Of a stretch of DNA of 64,000 nt, positions 46,747 to 58,600 are shown in pieces; the first letter of the stretch is position 1; the number at the start of each line of letters is the position of its first letter. The notes below the pieces were generated by a model. That model searched no databases. It was not told where the DNA came from and saw nothing but the letters and a program-made list of their open reading frames with translations. Location of the stretch: positions 263,613 to 327,612 of the forward strand of contig NIVC01001257.1 of the NCBI GenBank assembly GCA_002269645.1. Direction: 5' to 3'. The DNA is from Macrostomum lignano. Lineage: Eukaryota. The position numbers and the translations under genes were made by a program.

Positions 46747-47924
46747 GAATTTCGTCTAACTGGGCAGTCTCTAGCCAGGTGAGTTTCTTCGCCGCACTCA
46801 TAACAGGCCTTTCTCGCATTTGGCGCGTTCGCCCCCGAAGGTGTGAACCTGTCATTGGCCCCTCCGGCCTCGTGACCAAAGCGTGACGGGCGTGTCATGG
46901 CGGGCCTGACAAATGGCGAAGACTGCCTATTATAGGGTCTCGAGTAACTGCTCATGTGATGCTGTGGCCGAAAGCTATTCGGAGGCTGCACTGGTGCCTG
47001 TGGCCTATAGCTTGGGTTCATTTGTCTATGGGCGAACCTAGGTTGCCATTGCCTGTAGTCGAACTGAGGCTGATAATTCTGGTACGGTTGGTACTGCGAA
47101 GGATAATTGCTCGGGGAAGCAAACTGAGGTCCAAATGACTGGTGGCCTTGGTCCGCGCTGGGTGCTGGCTTTTTCTGCTCTTTTTCTACTTGAGCTGTCA
47201 AAGTATTTGAGCCCTCCTGCTTCCTCCTATTCTTTTGACTGCCTGGATTTGCGAGTTCTTCGAGGATCTCCTCGTTCTTTGCTGCAGTCAGTAAATCTTG
47301 CGTCTGGTATTTCGATTCATGCGTTCTGCGATAGGCAATAACTGCGCGCCTGACTTTATAATTCGCTATGCCGGCTTCAAATCGTTCAGAAACTCGCTCT
47401 CTAGCCTGACTCTCTAGTCCTGCTTTCCTAACTAATTCAACTAGCGCGTCGTAAAATTCTTCTAACGATTCGTCTTCCTTCTGCCTGCGGTTCATCAGCT
47501 CTAGCTTCGCTTCTTCCTTCTGTCCTACGGGCTTAAATTTGTCCTTTAAAGTCTTTTCGATGCTTTCGAAAGATTCGGTGCTCGCTAGGCCTAAGTTAAT
47601 GTAAACCTTGTAGGCGTCTTCGTCTAGGAGCGACAATAGTTGATACACTTTAGCCGATTCGTCTATACTGTTGCCTTGACAGTAGTTGTTGAAGATTCTT
47701 AGAAACAATTCAAAATCTGAGCCAAGTCGGTATGGCTTGGGCTTTGCTACGCTGTTATGCGACTTCAAAATCACTCTAGGTTCAGGATTTTCGGTTTCCA
47801 TTCTTCTTATGCGATCCTGCAGTTCTCTCACTACTGTTCTCAAATGTTCGGCCTCATCTATTTCGCCTTCGTTCCTAATCTCAACTGACTTCGATTCTTG
47901 ACTATTTTCTCCGTCCTGCGCCAT
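46692..47924 (-). CDS. gag: Gag (410 aa) with a CCHC zinc knuckle
   Basis: Intact ORF, capsid-like middle region, CYECGEETHLARDC (CX2CX4HX4C), located between the 5' LTR and pol. Confidence 0.93.
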   Translation of the reverse strand: MAQDGENSQESKSVEIRNEGEIDEAEHLRTVVRELQDRIRRMETENPEPRVILKSHNSVAKPKPYRLGSDFELFLRIFNNYCQGNSIDESAKVYQLLSLLDEDAYKVYINLGLASTESFESIEKTLKDKFKPVGQKEEAKLELMNRRQKEDESLEEFYDALVELVRKAGLESQARERVSERFEAGIANYKVRRAVIAYRRTHESKYQTQDLLTAAKNEEILEELANPGSQKNRRKQEGSNTLTAQVEKEQKKPAPSADQGHQSFGPQFASPSNYPSQYQPYQNYQPQFDYRQWQPRFAHRQMNPSYRPQAPVQPPNSFRPQHHMSSYSRPYNRQSSPFVRPAMTRPSRFGHEAGGANDRFTPSGANAPNARKACYECGEETHLARDCPVRRNSLNYRRGGTKGGPTAPSH

Positions 47925-48300
47925 TGCTAAGTTTTAATCAATCGGAATTTCTATTACTGCAACTTCAGAAAGTACAACTTGTAGGCTATAACAATTTCAA
48001 TAATCTCGCTTTCCTATTTTATCTAATGAGCGGAATCGGTCGCCTCGCTCGCACTGGCAATAACTGATAAGAAAACTGAATGTACACTGAGACAAATTCA
48101 ACCAATGTACTCTCTAGTGCGCGCACTCGCAGACTATGCTGGTAAACACTAATAAAATTTTCAACTGTAAACAAAATCTACTTTCACACGCAAGTTTCTA
48201 TTAAAGTACTAATTTTAGTTTTAGAAAGTCAATTTTATTTTTCCCACTCCTAAATCCTATTCAGTATTTTGGGGTAACTGGCCAACCGCAAAACCACACC

Positions 48301-49632
48301 TAATGCGGAGTTGCTGCACACTGCGTGGTTGACGAAATAGCCGCTACGAGCCTGGAACAGACTCGTTGAATTTTAGTCTAAGCTTGCTCACTTAGAGCGC
48401 CTACCAATAAACTGCCGCCTGCTAACTATTGGATTCCCAGGGGCTCCACTTGTGATAAATAGGCAATTAGATAATAGCATGCACGGTGAGCAATTATTTA
48501 GGCCCTAGACAAACCTACTTGGAGCGTTCGGAGATTTTAAAGCTATTAATCCTAATCGCCTATCGCCGGTCGGCGAGTTCTACCAGTCTTCTCCAATAGC
48601 CGCAGGTACAGTACAAGAAAATAAAGAACACGAGGAAACACAAACCGAAAGATTTAGAGAGTGATAATCCTATTTCAAGAATAACTAACTTGATTGACGG
48701 TTTAATTTGATTAGCTGAGTTACAAGATTTAGACAAACGACGCAGATAACTAGAGTTGACAAAACGACAATAACGGTTAATAAATAATGATTATATACGC
48801 ACTGACAAGCGGATCTCAGCTGAAGAAGAAGGAGGAGGCACCGAACACAGGACCACGGAGAAGACTCCTAACCCCTGGCCTAAACCAGAACCTACTCTCA
48901 AACGAGAGCCCTGCCGAACCGACCGTTCAACGGAGTACCGACTAAGTTCTATCGGCACTGCCCTTCAGTGTAACACTGGGGCCCTCGGGGTCGAGGCCGC
49001 GTACTTGATCAGATCCGACAGTCTCTATCTAACCGCGCTTGATAGCGACGACTTCAGACAGGAATGCCGTAGACGTTACGCCACAAGACTACTGCGGTTG
49101 GGCGGGAACAAAGATATGGACCGGGGGTGATGAAATCAAAACGCCTCAAAGCGCGAACCAACAAGGGAAGGAAAAGTCGGGCCACCGGCCGGGAACTGGA
49201 CAAGACAAAACCGGGGAAAGGAGAGAGAAGGAAAAAAAGTGAGATCCGATTGCCAAACACACTTTCATATATAGTCAGAGTCACAACCCCTCAAAACCCC
49301 CTCAAGCCGGGTGGTGGTCGTCTGGCCGGCCGCTCGCTTAAGCCGAATTGCACTGTGCCCGCGGCGCCGGGTAGAATTGAAACTTGCCGCGTGCCAGGGT
49401 CCAGGCCGGTTCTGATTGGCTGGCCGCGCAAAGCTGGGGTTCGCAGACAAAACTCAACCCTCCGCTGAGTCACAGATGGCGTCTGATTTCTAACCTGTTT
49501 ACGCAAAATTGATTCCAACTAACAAGAAAAAAGTACACCAAAAACGTATGACTAAACTAAAGCAAAATAATAATTCAATAACAATATAGAAACTAATGCA
49601 GTCAATTTACACGCAAAGATGCTCACACTACA
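48301..49632 (-). repeat. 5' LTR
   Basis: Direct repeat of 38977-40307; begins TGTAGTG on the minus strand. Confidence 0.95.
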
Positions 49633-52600
49633 GCGCTGACCGAGAGACAGGGGCGCTGACCAAGAGACAGGGGCGCTGACCGAGAGACAGGGGCGCTGAC
49701 CAAGAGACAGGGGCGCCCACCAAGAGACAGGGGCGCCCACCAAGAGACAGGGGCGCCCAACAAGAGACAGGGGCGCTGACCAAGAGACAGGGGCGCTGAC
49801 CAAGAGACAGGGGCGCTGACCAAGAGACAAGGGCGCTGACCGAGAGACAGGGGCGCTGACCAAGAGACAGGGGCGCTGACCAAGAGACAGGGGCGCCCAC
49901 CAAGAGACAGGGGCGCCCACCAAGAGACAATGGCGCTGACCAAGAGACAGGGGCGCTCACCAAGAGACAGGGGCGCCCACCAAGAGACAGGGGCGCCCAC
50001 CAAGAGACAGGGGCGCTGACCAAGAGACAGGGGCGCTGACCAAGAGACAGGGGCGCCCACCAAGAGACAGGGGCGCTGACCGAGAGACAGGGGCGCTGAC
50101 CAAGAGACAGGGGCGCTGACCGAGAGACAGGGGCGCTGACCAAGAGACAGGGGCGCCCACCAAGAGACAGGGGCGCCCACCAAGAGACAGGGGCGCTGAC
50201 CAAGAGACAGGGGCGCCCACCAAGAGACAAGGGCGCTGACCGAGAGACAGGGGCGCCCACCAAGAGACAGGGGCGCTGACCGAGAGACAGGGGCGCTGAC
50301 CAAGAGACAGGGGCGCCCACCAAGAGACAGGGGCGCCCACCAAGAGACAGGGGCGCCCACCAAGAGACAATGGCGCTGACCAAGAGACAGGGGCGCCCAC
50401 CAAGAGACAGGGGCGCGCACTAAGAGACAGGGGCGCCCACCAAGAGACAGGGGCGCCCACAAGAGACAGGGCGCGCACTAAGAGACAGGGGCGCCCACCA
50501 AGAGACAGGGGCGCTGACCGAGAGACAGGGGCGCGCACTAAGAGACAGGGGCGCCCACCAAGAGACAGGGGCGCTGACCAAGAGACAGGGGCGCTGACCA
50601 AGAGACAGGGGCGCCCACCAAGAGACAGGGGCGCTGACCAAGAGACAGGGGCGCCCACCAAGAGACAGGGGCGCCCACCAAGAGACAGGGGCGCTGACCA
50701 AGAGACAGGGGCGCTGACCGAGAGACAGGGGCGCCCACCAAGAGACAGGGGCGCCCACCAAGAGACAGGGGCGCTGACCGAGAGACAGGGGCGCTGACCA
50801 AGAGACAGGGGCGCCCACCAAGAGACAGGGGCGCCACCAAGAGACAATGGCGCTGACCAAGAGACAGGGGCGCCCACCAAGAGACAGGGGCGCGCACTAA
50901 GAGACAGGGGCGCCCACCAAGAGACAGGGGCGCCCACCAAGAGACAGGGGCGCGCACTAAGAGACAGGGGCGCCCACCAAGAGACAGGGGCGCCCACCAA
51001 GAGACAGGGGCGCTGACCAAGAGACAGGGGCGCTGACCAAGAGACAGGGGCGCCCACCAAGAGACAGAGGCGCTGACCAAGAGACAGGGGCGCCCACCAA
51101 GAGACAATGGCGCTGACCGAGAGACAGGGGCGCTGACCAAGAGACAGGGGCGCTGACCGAGAGACAGGGGCGCTGACCAAGAGACAGGGGCGCCCACCAA
51201 GAGACAGGGGCGCCCACCAAGAGACAATGGCGCTGACCAAGAGACAGGGGCGCGCACCAAGAGACAGGGGCGCCCACCAAGAGACAGGGGCGCCCACCAA
51301 GAGACAGGGGCGCTGACCGAAAGACAGGGGCGCTGACCAAGAGACAGGGGCGCTGACCGAGAGACAGGGGCGCCCACCAAGAGACAGGGGCGCCCACCAA
51401 GAGACAGGGGCGCCCACCAAGAGACAGGGGCGCCCACCAAGAGACAGGGGCGCTGACCAAGAGACAGGGGCGCTGACCAAGAGACAGGGGCGCCCACCAA
51501 GAGACAGGGGCGCTGACCGAGAGACAGGGGCGCTGACCAAGAGACAGGGGCGCTGACCGAGAGACAGGGGCGCTGACCAAGAGACAGGGGCGCTGACCGA
51601 GAGACAGGGGCGCTGACCAAGAGACAGGGGCGCTGACCAAGAGACAGGGGCGCTGACCGAGAGACAGGGGCGCCCACCAAGAGACAGGGGCGCCCACCAA
51701 GAGACAGGGGCGCCCACCAAGAGACAATGGCGCTGACCAAGAGACAGGGGCGCTGACCAAGAGACAGGGGCGCCCACCAAGAGACAGGGGCGCCCACCAA
51801 GAGACAGGGGCGCTGACAAGAGACAGGGGCGCTGACCAAGAGACAGGGGCGCCCACCAAGAGACAGGGCGCTGACCGAGAGACAGGGGCGCCCACAAGAG
51901 ACAGGGGCGCTGACGAGAGACAGGGGCGCTGACCGAGAGACAGGGGCGCCACCAAGAGACAGGGGCGCCCACCAAGAGACAATGGCGCTGACCAAGAGAC
52001 AGGGGCGCCCACCAAGAGACAGGGGCGCCCACCAAGAGACAGGGGCGCCCACCAAGAGACAGGGGCGCTGACCGAGAGACAGGGGCGCTGACCAAGAGAC
52101 AGGGGCGCTGACCGAGAGACAGGGGCGCTGACCAAGAGACAGGGGCGCCCACCAAGAGACAGGGGCGCCCACCAAGAGACAGGGGCGCCACCAAGAGACA
52201 GGGGCGCTGACCAAGAGACAGGGGCGCTGACCAAGAGACAGGGGCGCCCACCAAGAGACAGGGGCGCTGACCGAGAGACAGGGGCGCTGACCAAGAGACA
52301 GGGGCGCTGACCGAGAGACAGGGGCGCTGACCAAGAGACAGGGGCGCCCACCAAGAGACAGGGGCGCCCACCAAGAGACAATGGCGCTGACCAAGAGACA
52401 GGGGCGCCCACCAAGAGACAATGGCGCTGACCAAGAGACAGGGGCGCCCACCAAGAGACAATGGCGCTGACCAAGAGACAGGGGCGCCCACCAAGAGACA
52501 GGGGCGCCACCAAGAGACAGGGGCGCCCACCAAGAGACAGGGGCGCTGACCGAGAGACAGGGGCGCTGACCAAGAGACAGGGGCGCTGACCGAGAGACAG

Positions 52601-55600
52601 GGGCGCCCAAGAGACAGGGGCGCCCACAAGAGACAGGGGCGCCCACCAAGAGACAGGGCGCCACACCAAGAGACAGGGGCGCTGACCAAGAGACAGGGCG
52701 CTGACCAAGAGACAGGGCGCTGACCAAGAGACAAGGGCGCTGACCGAGAGACAGGGGCGCTGACCAAGAGACAGGGCGCTGACGAGAGACAGGGGCGCTG
52801 ACCAAGAGACAGGGGCGCTGACCAAGAGACAGGGGCGCTGACCAAGAGACAAGGGGCGCTGACCGAGAGACAGGGGCGCTGACCAAGAGACAGGGGCGCT
52901 GACCGAGAGACAGGGGCGCTGACCAAGAGACAGGGCGCCCACAAGAGACAGGGGCGCCCACCAAGAGACAGGGGCGCCCCAAGAGACAGGGGCGCACCAA
53001 GAGACAGGGGCGCTGACCAAAGAGACAGGAGAGACAGGGGCGCCCATCAAGAGACAAGGGCGCTGACCGAGAGACAGGGGCGCCCACCAAGAGACAGGGG
53101 CGCTGACCGAGAGACAGGGGCGCTGACCAAGAGACAGGGGCGCCCACCAAGAGACAGGGGCGCCCACCAAGAGACAGGGGCGCCCAGAGACAATGGCGCT
53201 GACCAAGAGACAGGGGCGCCCACCAAGAGACAGGGGCGCGCACTAAGAGACAGGGGCGCCCACCAAGAGACAGGGGCGCCCACGGTGACCAAGAGACAGG
53301 GGCGCTGACCGAGAGACAGGGGCCCGACCGAGAGACAGGGGCGCCACCAAGAGACAGGGCGGGAGACGCGCTGACCAAGAGACAGGGGCGCCCACCAAGA
53401 GACAGGGGCGCCCACCAAGAGACAATGGCGCTGACCAAGAGACAGGGGCGCCCACCAAGAGACAGGGGCGCGCACTAAGAGACAGGGGCGCCCACCAAGA
53501 GACAGGGGCCCACCAAGAGACAGGGGCGCGCACTAAGAGACAGGGCGCCCACCAAGAGACAGGGGCGCCCACCAAGAGACAGGGGCGCTGACCAAGAGAC
53601 AGGGGCGCTGACCAAGAGACAGGGGCGCCCACCAAGAGACAGAGGCGCTGACCAAGAGACAGGGGCGCCCACCAAGAGACAGGGGCGCTGACCGAGAGAC
53701 AGGGGCGCTGACCAAGAGACAGGGGCGCTGACCGAGAGACAGGGCGCTGACCAAGAGACAGGGGCGCCCACCAAGAGACAGGGGCGCCCACCAAGAGACA
53801 ATGGCGCTGACCAAGAGACAGGGGCGCTGACCGAGAGACAGGGGCGCCCACCAAGAGACAGGGGCGCTGACCGAGAGACAGGGGCGCTGACCAAGAGACA
53901 GGGGCGCTGACCGAGAGACAGGGGCGCTGACCAAGAGACAGGGGCGCCCACCAAGAGACAGGGGCGCCCACCAAGAGACAATGGCGCTGACCAAGAGACA
54001 GGGGCGCTCACCAAGAGACAGGGGCGCCCACCAAGAGACAGGGGCGCCCACCAAGAGACAGGGGCGCTGACCAAGAGACAGGGGCGCTGACCAAGAGACA
54101 GGGGCGCCCACCAAGAGACAAGGGCGCTGACCGAGAGACAGGGGCGCCCACCAAGAGACAGGGGCGCTGACCGAGAGACAGGGGCGCTGACCAAGAGACA
54201 GGGGCGCCCACCAAGAGACAGGGGCGCCCACCAAGAGACAGGGGCGCCACCAAGAGACAAATGACCAAGAGACAGGGGCGCCCACCAAGAGACAGGGGCG
54301 CGCACTAAGAGACAGGGGCGCCCACCAAGAGACAGGGGCGCCCACCAAGAGACAGGGGCGCGCACTAAGAGACAGGGGCGCCCACCAAGAGACAGGGGCG
54401 CCCACCAAGAGACAGGGGCGCGCACTAAGAGACAGGAGCGCCCACCAAGAGACAGGGGCGCTGACCAAGAGACAGGGGCGCTGACCAAGAGACAGGGGCG
54501 CCCACCAAGAGACAGGGGCGCCCACCAAGAGACAGGGGCGCCCACCAAGAGACAGGGGCGCCCACCAAGAGACAGGGGCGCTGACCAAGAGACAGGGGCG
54601 CTGACCGAGAGACAGGGGCGCCGACCGAGAGACAGGGGCGCCCACCAAGAGACAGGGGCGCTGACCGAGAGACAGGGGCGCTGACCAAGAGACAGGGGCG
54701 CCACCAAGAGACAGGGGCGCCACCAAGAGACAATGGCGCTGACCAAGAGACAGGGGCGCCCACCAAGAGACAGGGGCGCGCACTAAGAGACAGGGGCGCC
54801 CACCAAGAGACAGGGGCGCCCACCAAGAGACAGGGGCGCGACTAAGAGACAGGGGCGCCCACCAAGAGACAGGGGCGCCCACCAAGAGACAGGGGCGCTG
54901 ACCAAGAGACAGGGGCGCTGACCAAGAGACAGGGGCGCCCACCAAGAGACAGAGGCGCTGACCAGAGACAGGGGCGCCCACCAAGAGACAGGGGCGCTGA
55001 CCGAGAGACAGGGGCGCTGACCAAGAGACAGGGGCGCTGACCGAGAGACAGGGGCGCTGACCAAGAGACAGGGGCGCCCACCAAGAGACAGGGGCGCCCA
55101 CCAAGAGACAATGGCGCTGACCAAGAGACAGGGGCGCCCACCAAGAGACAGGGGCGCCCACCAAGAGACAGGGGCGCCCACCAAGAGACAGGGGCGCTGA
55201 CCGAGAGACAGGGGCGCTGACCAAGAGACAGGGGCGCTGACCGAGAGACAGGGGCGCCCACCAAGAGACAGGGGCGCCACCAAGAGACAGGGGCGCCCAC
55301 CAAGAGACAGGGGCGCCCACCAAGAGACAGGGGCGCTGACCAAGAGACAGGGGCGCTGACCAAGAGACAGGGGCGCCCACCAAGAGACAGGGGCGCTGAC
55401 CAAGAGACAGGGGCGCTGACCAAGAGACAGGGGCGCCCACCAAGAGACAGGGCGCTGACCGAGAGACAGGGGCGCCCACAAGAGACAGGGGCGCTGACCG
55501 AGAGACAGGGGCGCTGACCAAGAGACAGGGGCGCCCACCAAGAGACAGGGGCGCCCACCAAGAGACAGGGGCGCCCACCAAGAGACAATGGCGCTGACCA

Positions 55601-58600
55601 AGAGGCAGGGCGCCCAAGAGACAGGGGCGCCGCACTAAGAGACAGGGGCGCCCACCAAGAGACAGGGGCGCCACCAAGAGACAGGGGCGCGCACTAAGAG
55701 ACAGGGGCGCCCACCAAGAGACAGGGGCGCCCACCAAGAGACAGGGGCGCGCACTAAGAGACAGGGGCGCCCACCAAGAGACAGGGGCGCTGACCAAGAG
55801 ACAGGGGCGCTGACCAAGAGACAGGGGCGCCCACCAAGAGACAGGGGCGCCCACCAAGAGACAGGGGCGCCCACCAAGAGACAGGGGCGCCCACCAAGAG
55901 ACAGGGGCGCTGACCAAGAGACAGGGGCGCTGACCGAAGAGACAGGGGCGCTGACCAAGAGACAGGGGCGCCCACCAAGAGACAGGGGCGCTGACCGAGA
56001 GACAGGGGCGCTGACCAAGAGACAGGGGCGCCCACCAAGAGACAGGGGCGCCCACCAAGAGACAAGGCGCTGACCAAGAGACAGGGGCGCCCACCAAGAG
56101 ACAGGGGCGCGCACAAGAGACAGGGCGCCCACCAAGAGACAGGGGCGCCCACCAAGAGACAGGGGCGCTGACCAAGAGACAGGGGCGCTGACCGAGACAG
56201 GGGCGCTGACCAAGAGACAGGGGCGCCCACCAAGAGACAGGGGCGCCCACCAAGAGACAAGGCGCTGACCAAGAGACAGGGGCGCCCACCAAGAGACAGG
56301 GCGCTGACAAGAGACAGGGGCGCTGACCGAGAGACAGGGCGCCCACCAAGAGACAGGGGCGCTGACCGAGAGACAGGGGCGCTGACCAAGAGACAGGGGC
56401 GCTGACCAAGAGACAGGGGCGCTGACCGAGAGACAGGGGCGCTGACCAAGAGACAGGGGCGCCACCAAGAGACAGGGGCGCCCACCAAGAGACAATGGCG
56501 CTGACCAAGAGACAATGGCGCTGACCAAGAGACAGGGGCGCCCACCAAGAGACAGGGGCGCCACCAAGAGACAGGGGCGCTGACCAAGAGACAGGGCGCT
56601 GACCAAGAGACAGGGGCGCCCACCAAGAGACAGGGCGCTGACCGAGACAGGGGCGCCCACCAAGAGACAGGGCGCTGACCGAGAGACAGGGGCGCTGACC
56701 AAGAGACAGGGGCGCCCACCAAGAGACAGGGGCGCCCACCAAGAGACAGGGGCGCCCACCAAGAGACAATGGCGCTGACCAAGAGACAGGGGCCCCACCA
56801 AGAGACAGGGGCGCCACCAAGAGACAGGGGCGCCCACCAAGAGACAGGGGCGCTGACCAAGAGACAGGGGCGCTGACCAAGAGACAGGGCGCGCCCACCA
56901 AGAGACAGGGCGCTGACCAGAGACAGGCGCTGACCAAGAGACAATGGGCGCTGACAAGAGACAGGGGCGCTGCCAACCAAGAGACAGGGCGCCACCAAGA
57001 GACAGGGGCGCTGACCAAGAGACAGGGGCGCCCACCAAGAGACAGGGGCGACCAAGAGACAGGGGCGCCCACCAAGAGACAGGGGCGCTGACCAAGAGAC
57101 AGGGGCGCCACCAAGAGACAGGGGCGCCACCAAGAGACAGGGGCGCTGACCAAGAGACAGGGGCGCCCACCAAGAGACAGGGCGCTGACCAAGAGACAGG
57201 GGCGCTGACCAAGAGACAGGGGCGCTGACCAGAGACAGGGGCGCTGACCAAGAGACAGGGGCGCCCACCAAGAGACAGGGGCGCCCACCAAGAGACAGGG
57301 GCGCTGACCAAGAGACAGGGGCGCCCACCAAGAGACAGGGGCGCGCACCAAGAGACAGGGGCGCCCACCAAGAGACAGGGGCGCTGACCGAGAGACAGGG
57401 GCGCTGACCAAGAGACAGGGGCGCTGACCAAGAGACAGGGGCGCTGACCAAGAGACAGGGGCGCCACCAAGAGACAGGGGCGCCCACCAAGAGACAGGGG
57501 CGCTGACCAAGAGACAGGGGCGCCCACCAAGAGACAGGGGCGCCACCAAGACAGGGGCGCCCACCAAGAGACAGGGGCGCTGACCGAGAGACAGGGGCGC
57601 TGACCAAGAGACAGGGGCGCTGACCGAGAGACAGGGGCGCTGACCAAGAGACAGGGGCGCTGACCAGAGACAGGGGCGCCCACCAAGAGACAGGGCGCCC
57701 ACCAAGAGACAGGGGCGCTGACCAAGAGACAGGGGCCTGACCAAGAGACAGGGGCGCCCACCAAGAGACAGGGGCGCTGACCGAGAGACAGGGGCGCTGA
57801 CCAAGAGACAGGGGCGCTGACGAGAGACAGGGGCGCTGACCAAGAGACAGGGGCGCCCACCAAGAGACAGGGCGCCCACCAAGAGACAGGCGCTGACCAA
57901 GAGACAGGGGCGCCCACCAAGAGACAGGCGCTGACCAAGAGACAGGGCGCTGACCAGAGACAGGGGCGCTGACCAAGAGACAGGGGCGCCCACCAAGAGA
58001 CAGGGGCGCTGACCAAGAGACAGGGGCGCCCACCAAGAGACAGGGCGCGCACAAGAGACAGGGCGCCACCAAGAGACAGGGGCGCTGACCAGAGACAGGG
58101 GCGCTGACCAAGAGACAGGGGCGCTGACCGAGAGACAGGGCGCTGACCAAGAGACAGGGGCGCCACCAAGAGACAGGGGCGCCCACCAAGAGACAGGCGC
58201 TGACCAAGAGACAGGGGCGCCCACCAAGAGACAGGGGCGCCCACAAGAGACAGGGGCGCCCACCAAGAGACAGGGGCGCTGACCAAGAGACAGGGGCGCC
58301 ACCAAGAGACAGGGGCGCCCACCAAGAGACAGGGGCGCCCACCAAGAGACAGGGGCGCTGACCAAGAGACAGGCGCTGACCAAGAGACAGGGGCGCTGAC
58401 CAAGAGACAGGGGCGCCCACCAAGAGACAGGCGCTGACCAAGAGACAGGGGCGCCCACCAAGAGACAGGGGCGCTGACCGAGAGACAGGGGCGCTGACAC
58501 AAGAGACAGGGGCGCTGACCGAGAGACAGGGGCGCTGACCAAGAGACAGGGCGCCCACCAAGAGACAGGGGCGCCCACCAAGAGACAATGGCGCTGACCA

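Larger units (their letters stand above)
38973..49632 (-). mobile_element. Full-length Ty3/Gypsy LTR retrotransposon, 10.66 kb, recently inserted
   Basis: Two ~1.33-kb LTRs. Element termini TGTA...TGCA on the minus strand. PPT next to the 3' LTR. gag followed by PR-RT-RNaseH-IN order. Flanks ACGC and GCGC. Confidence 0.97.
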
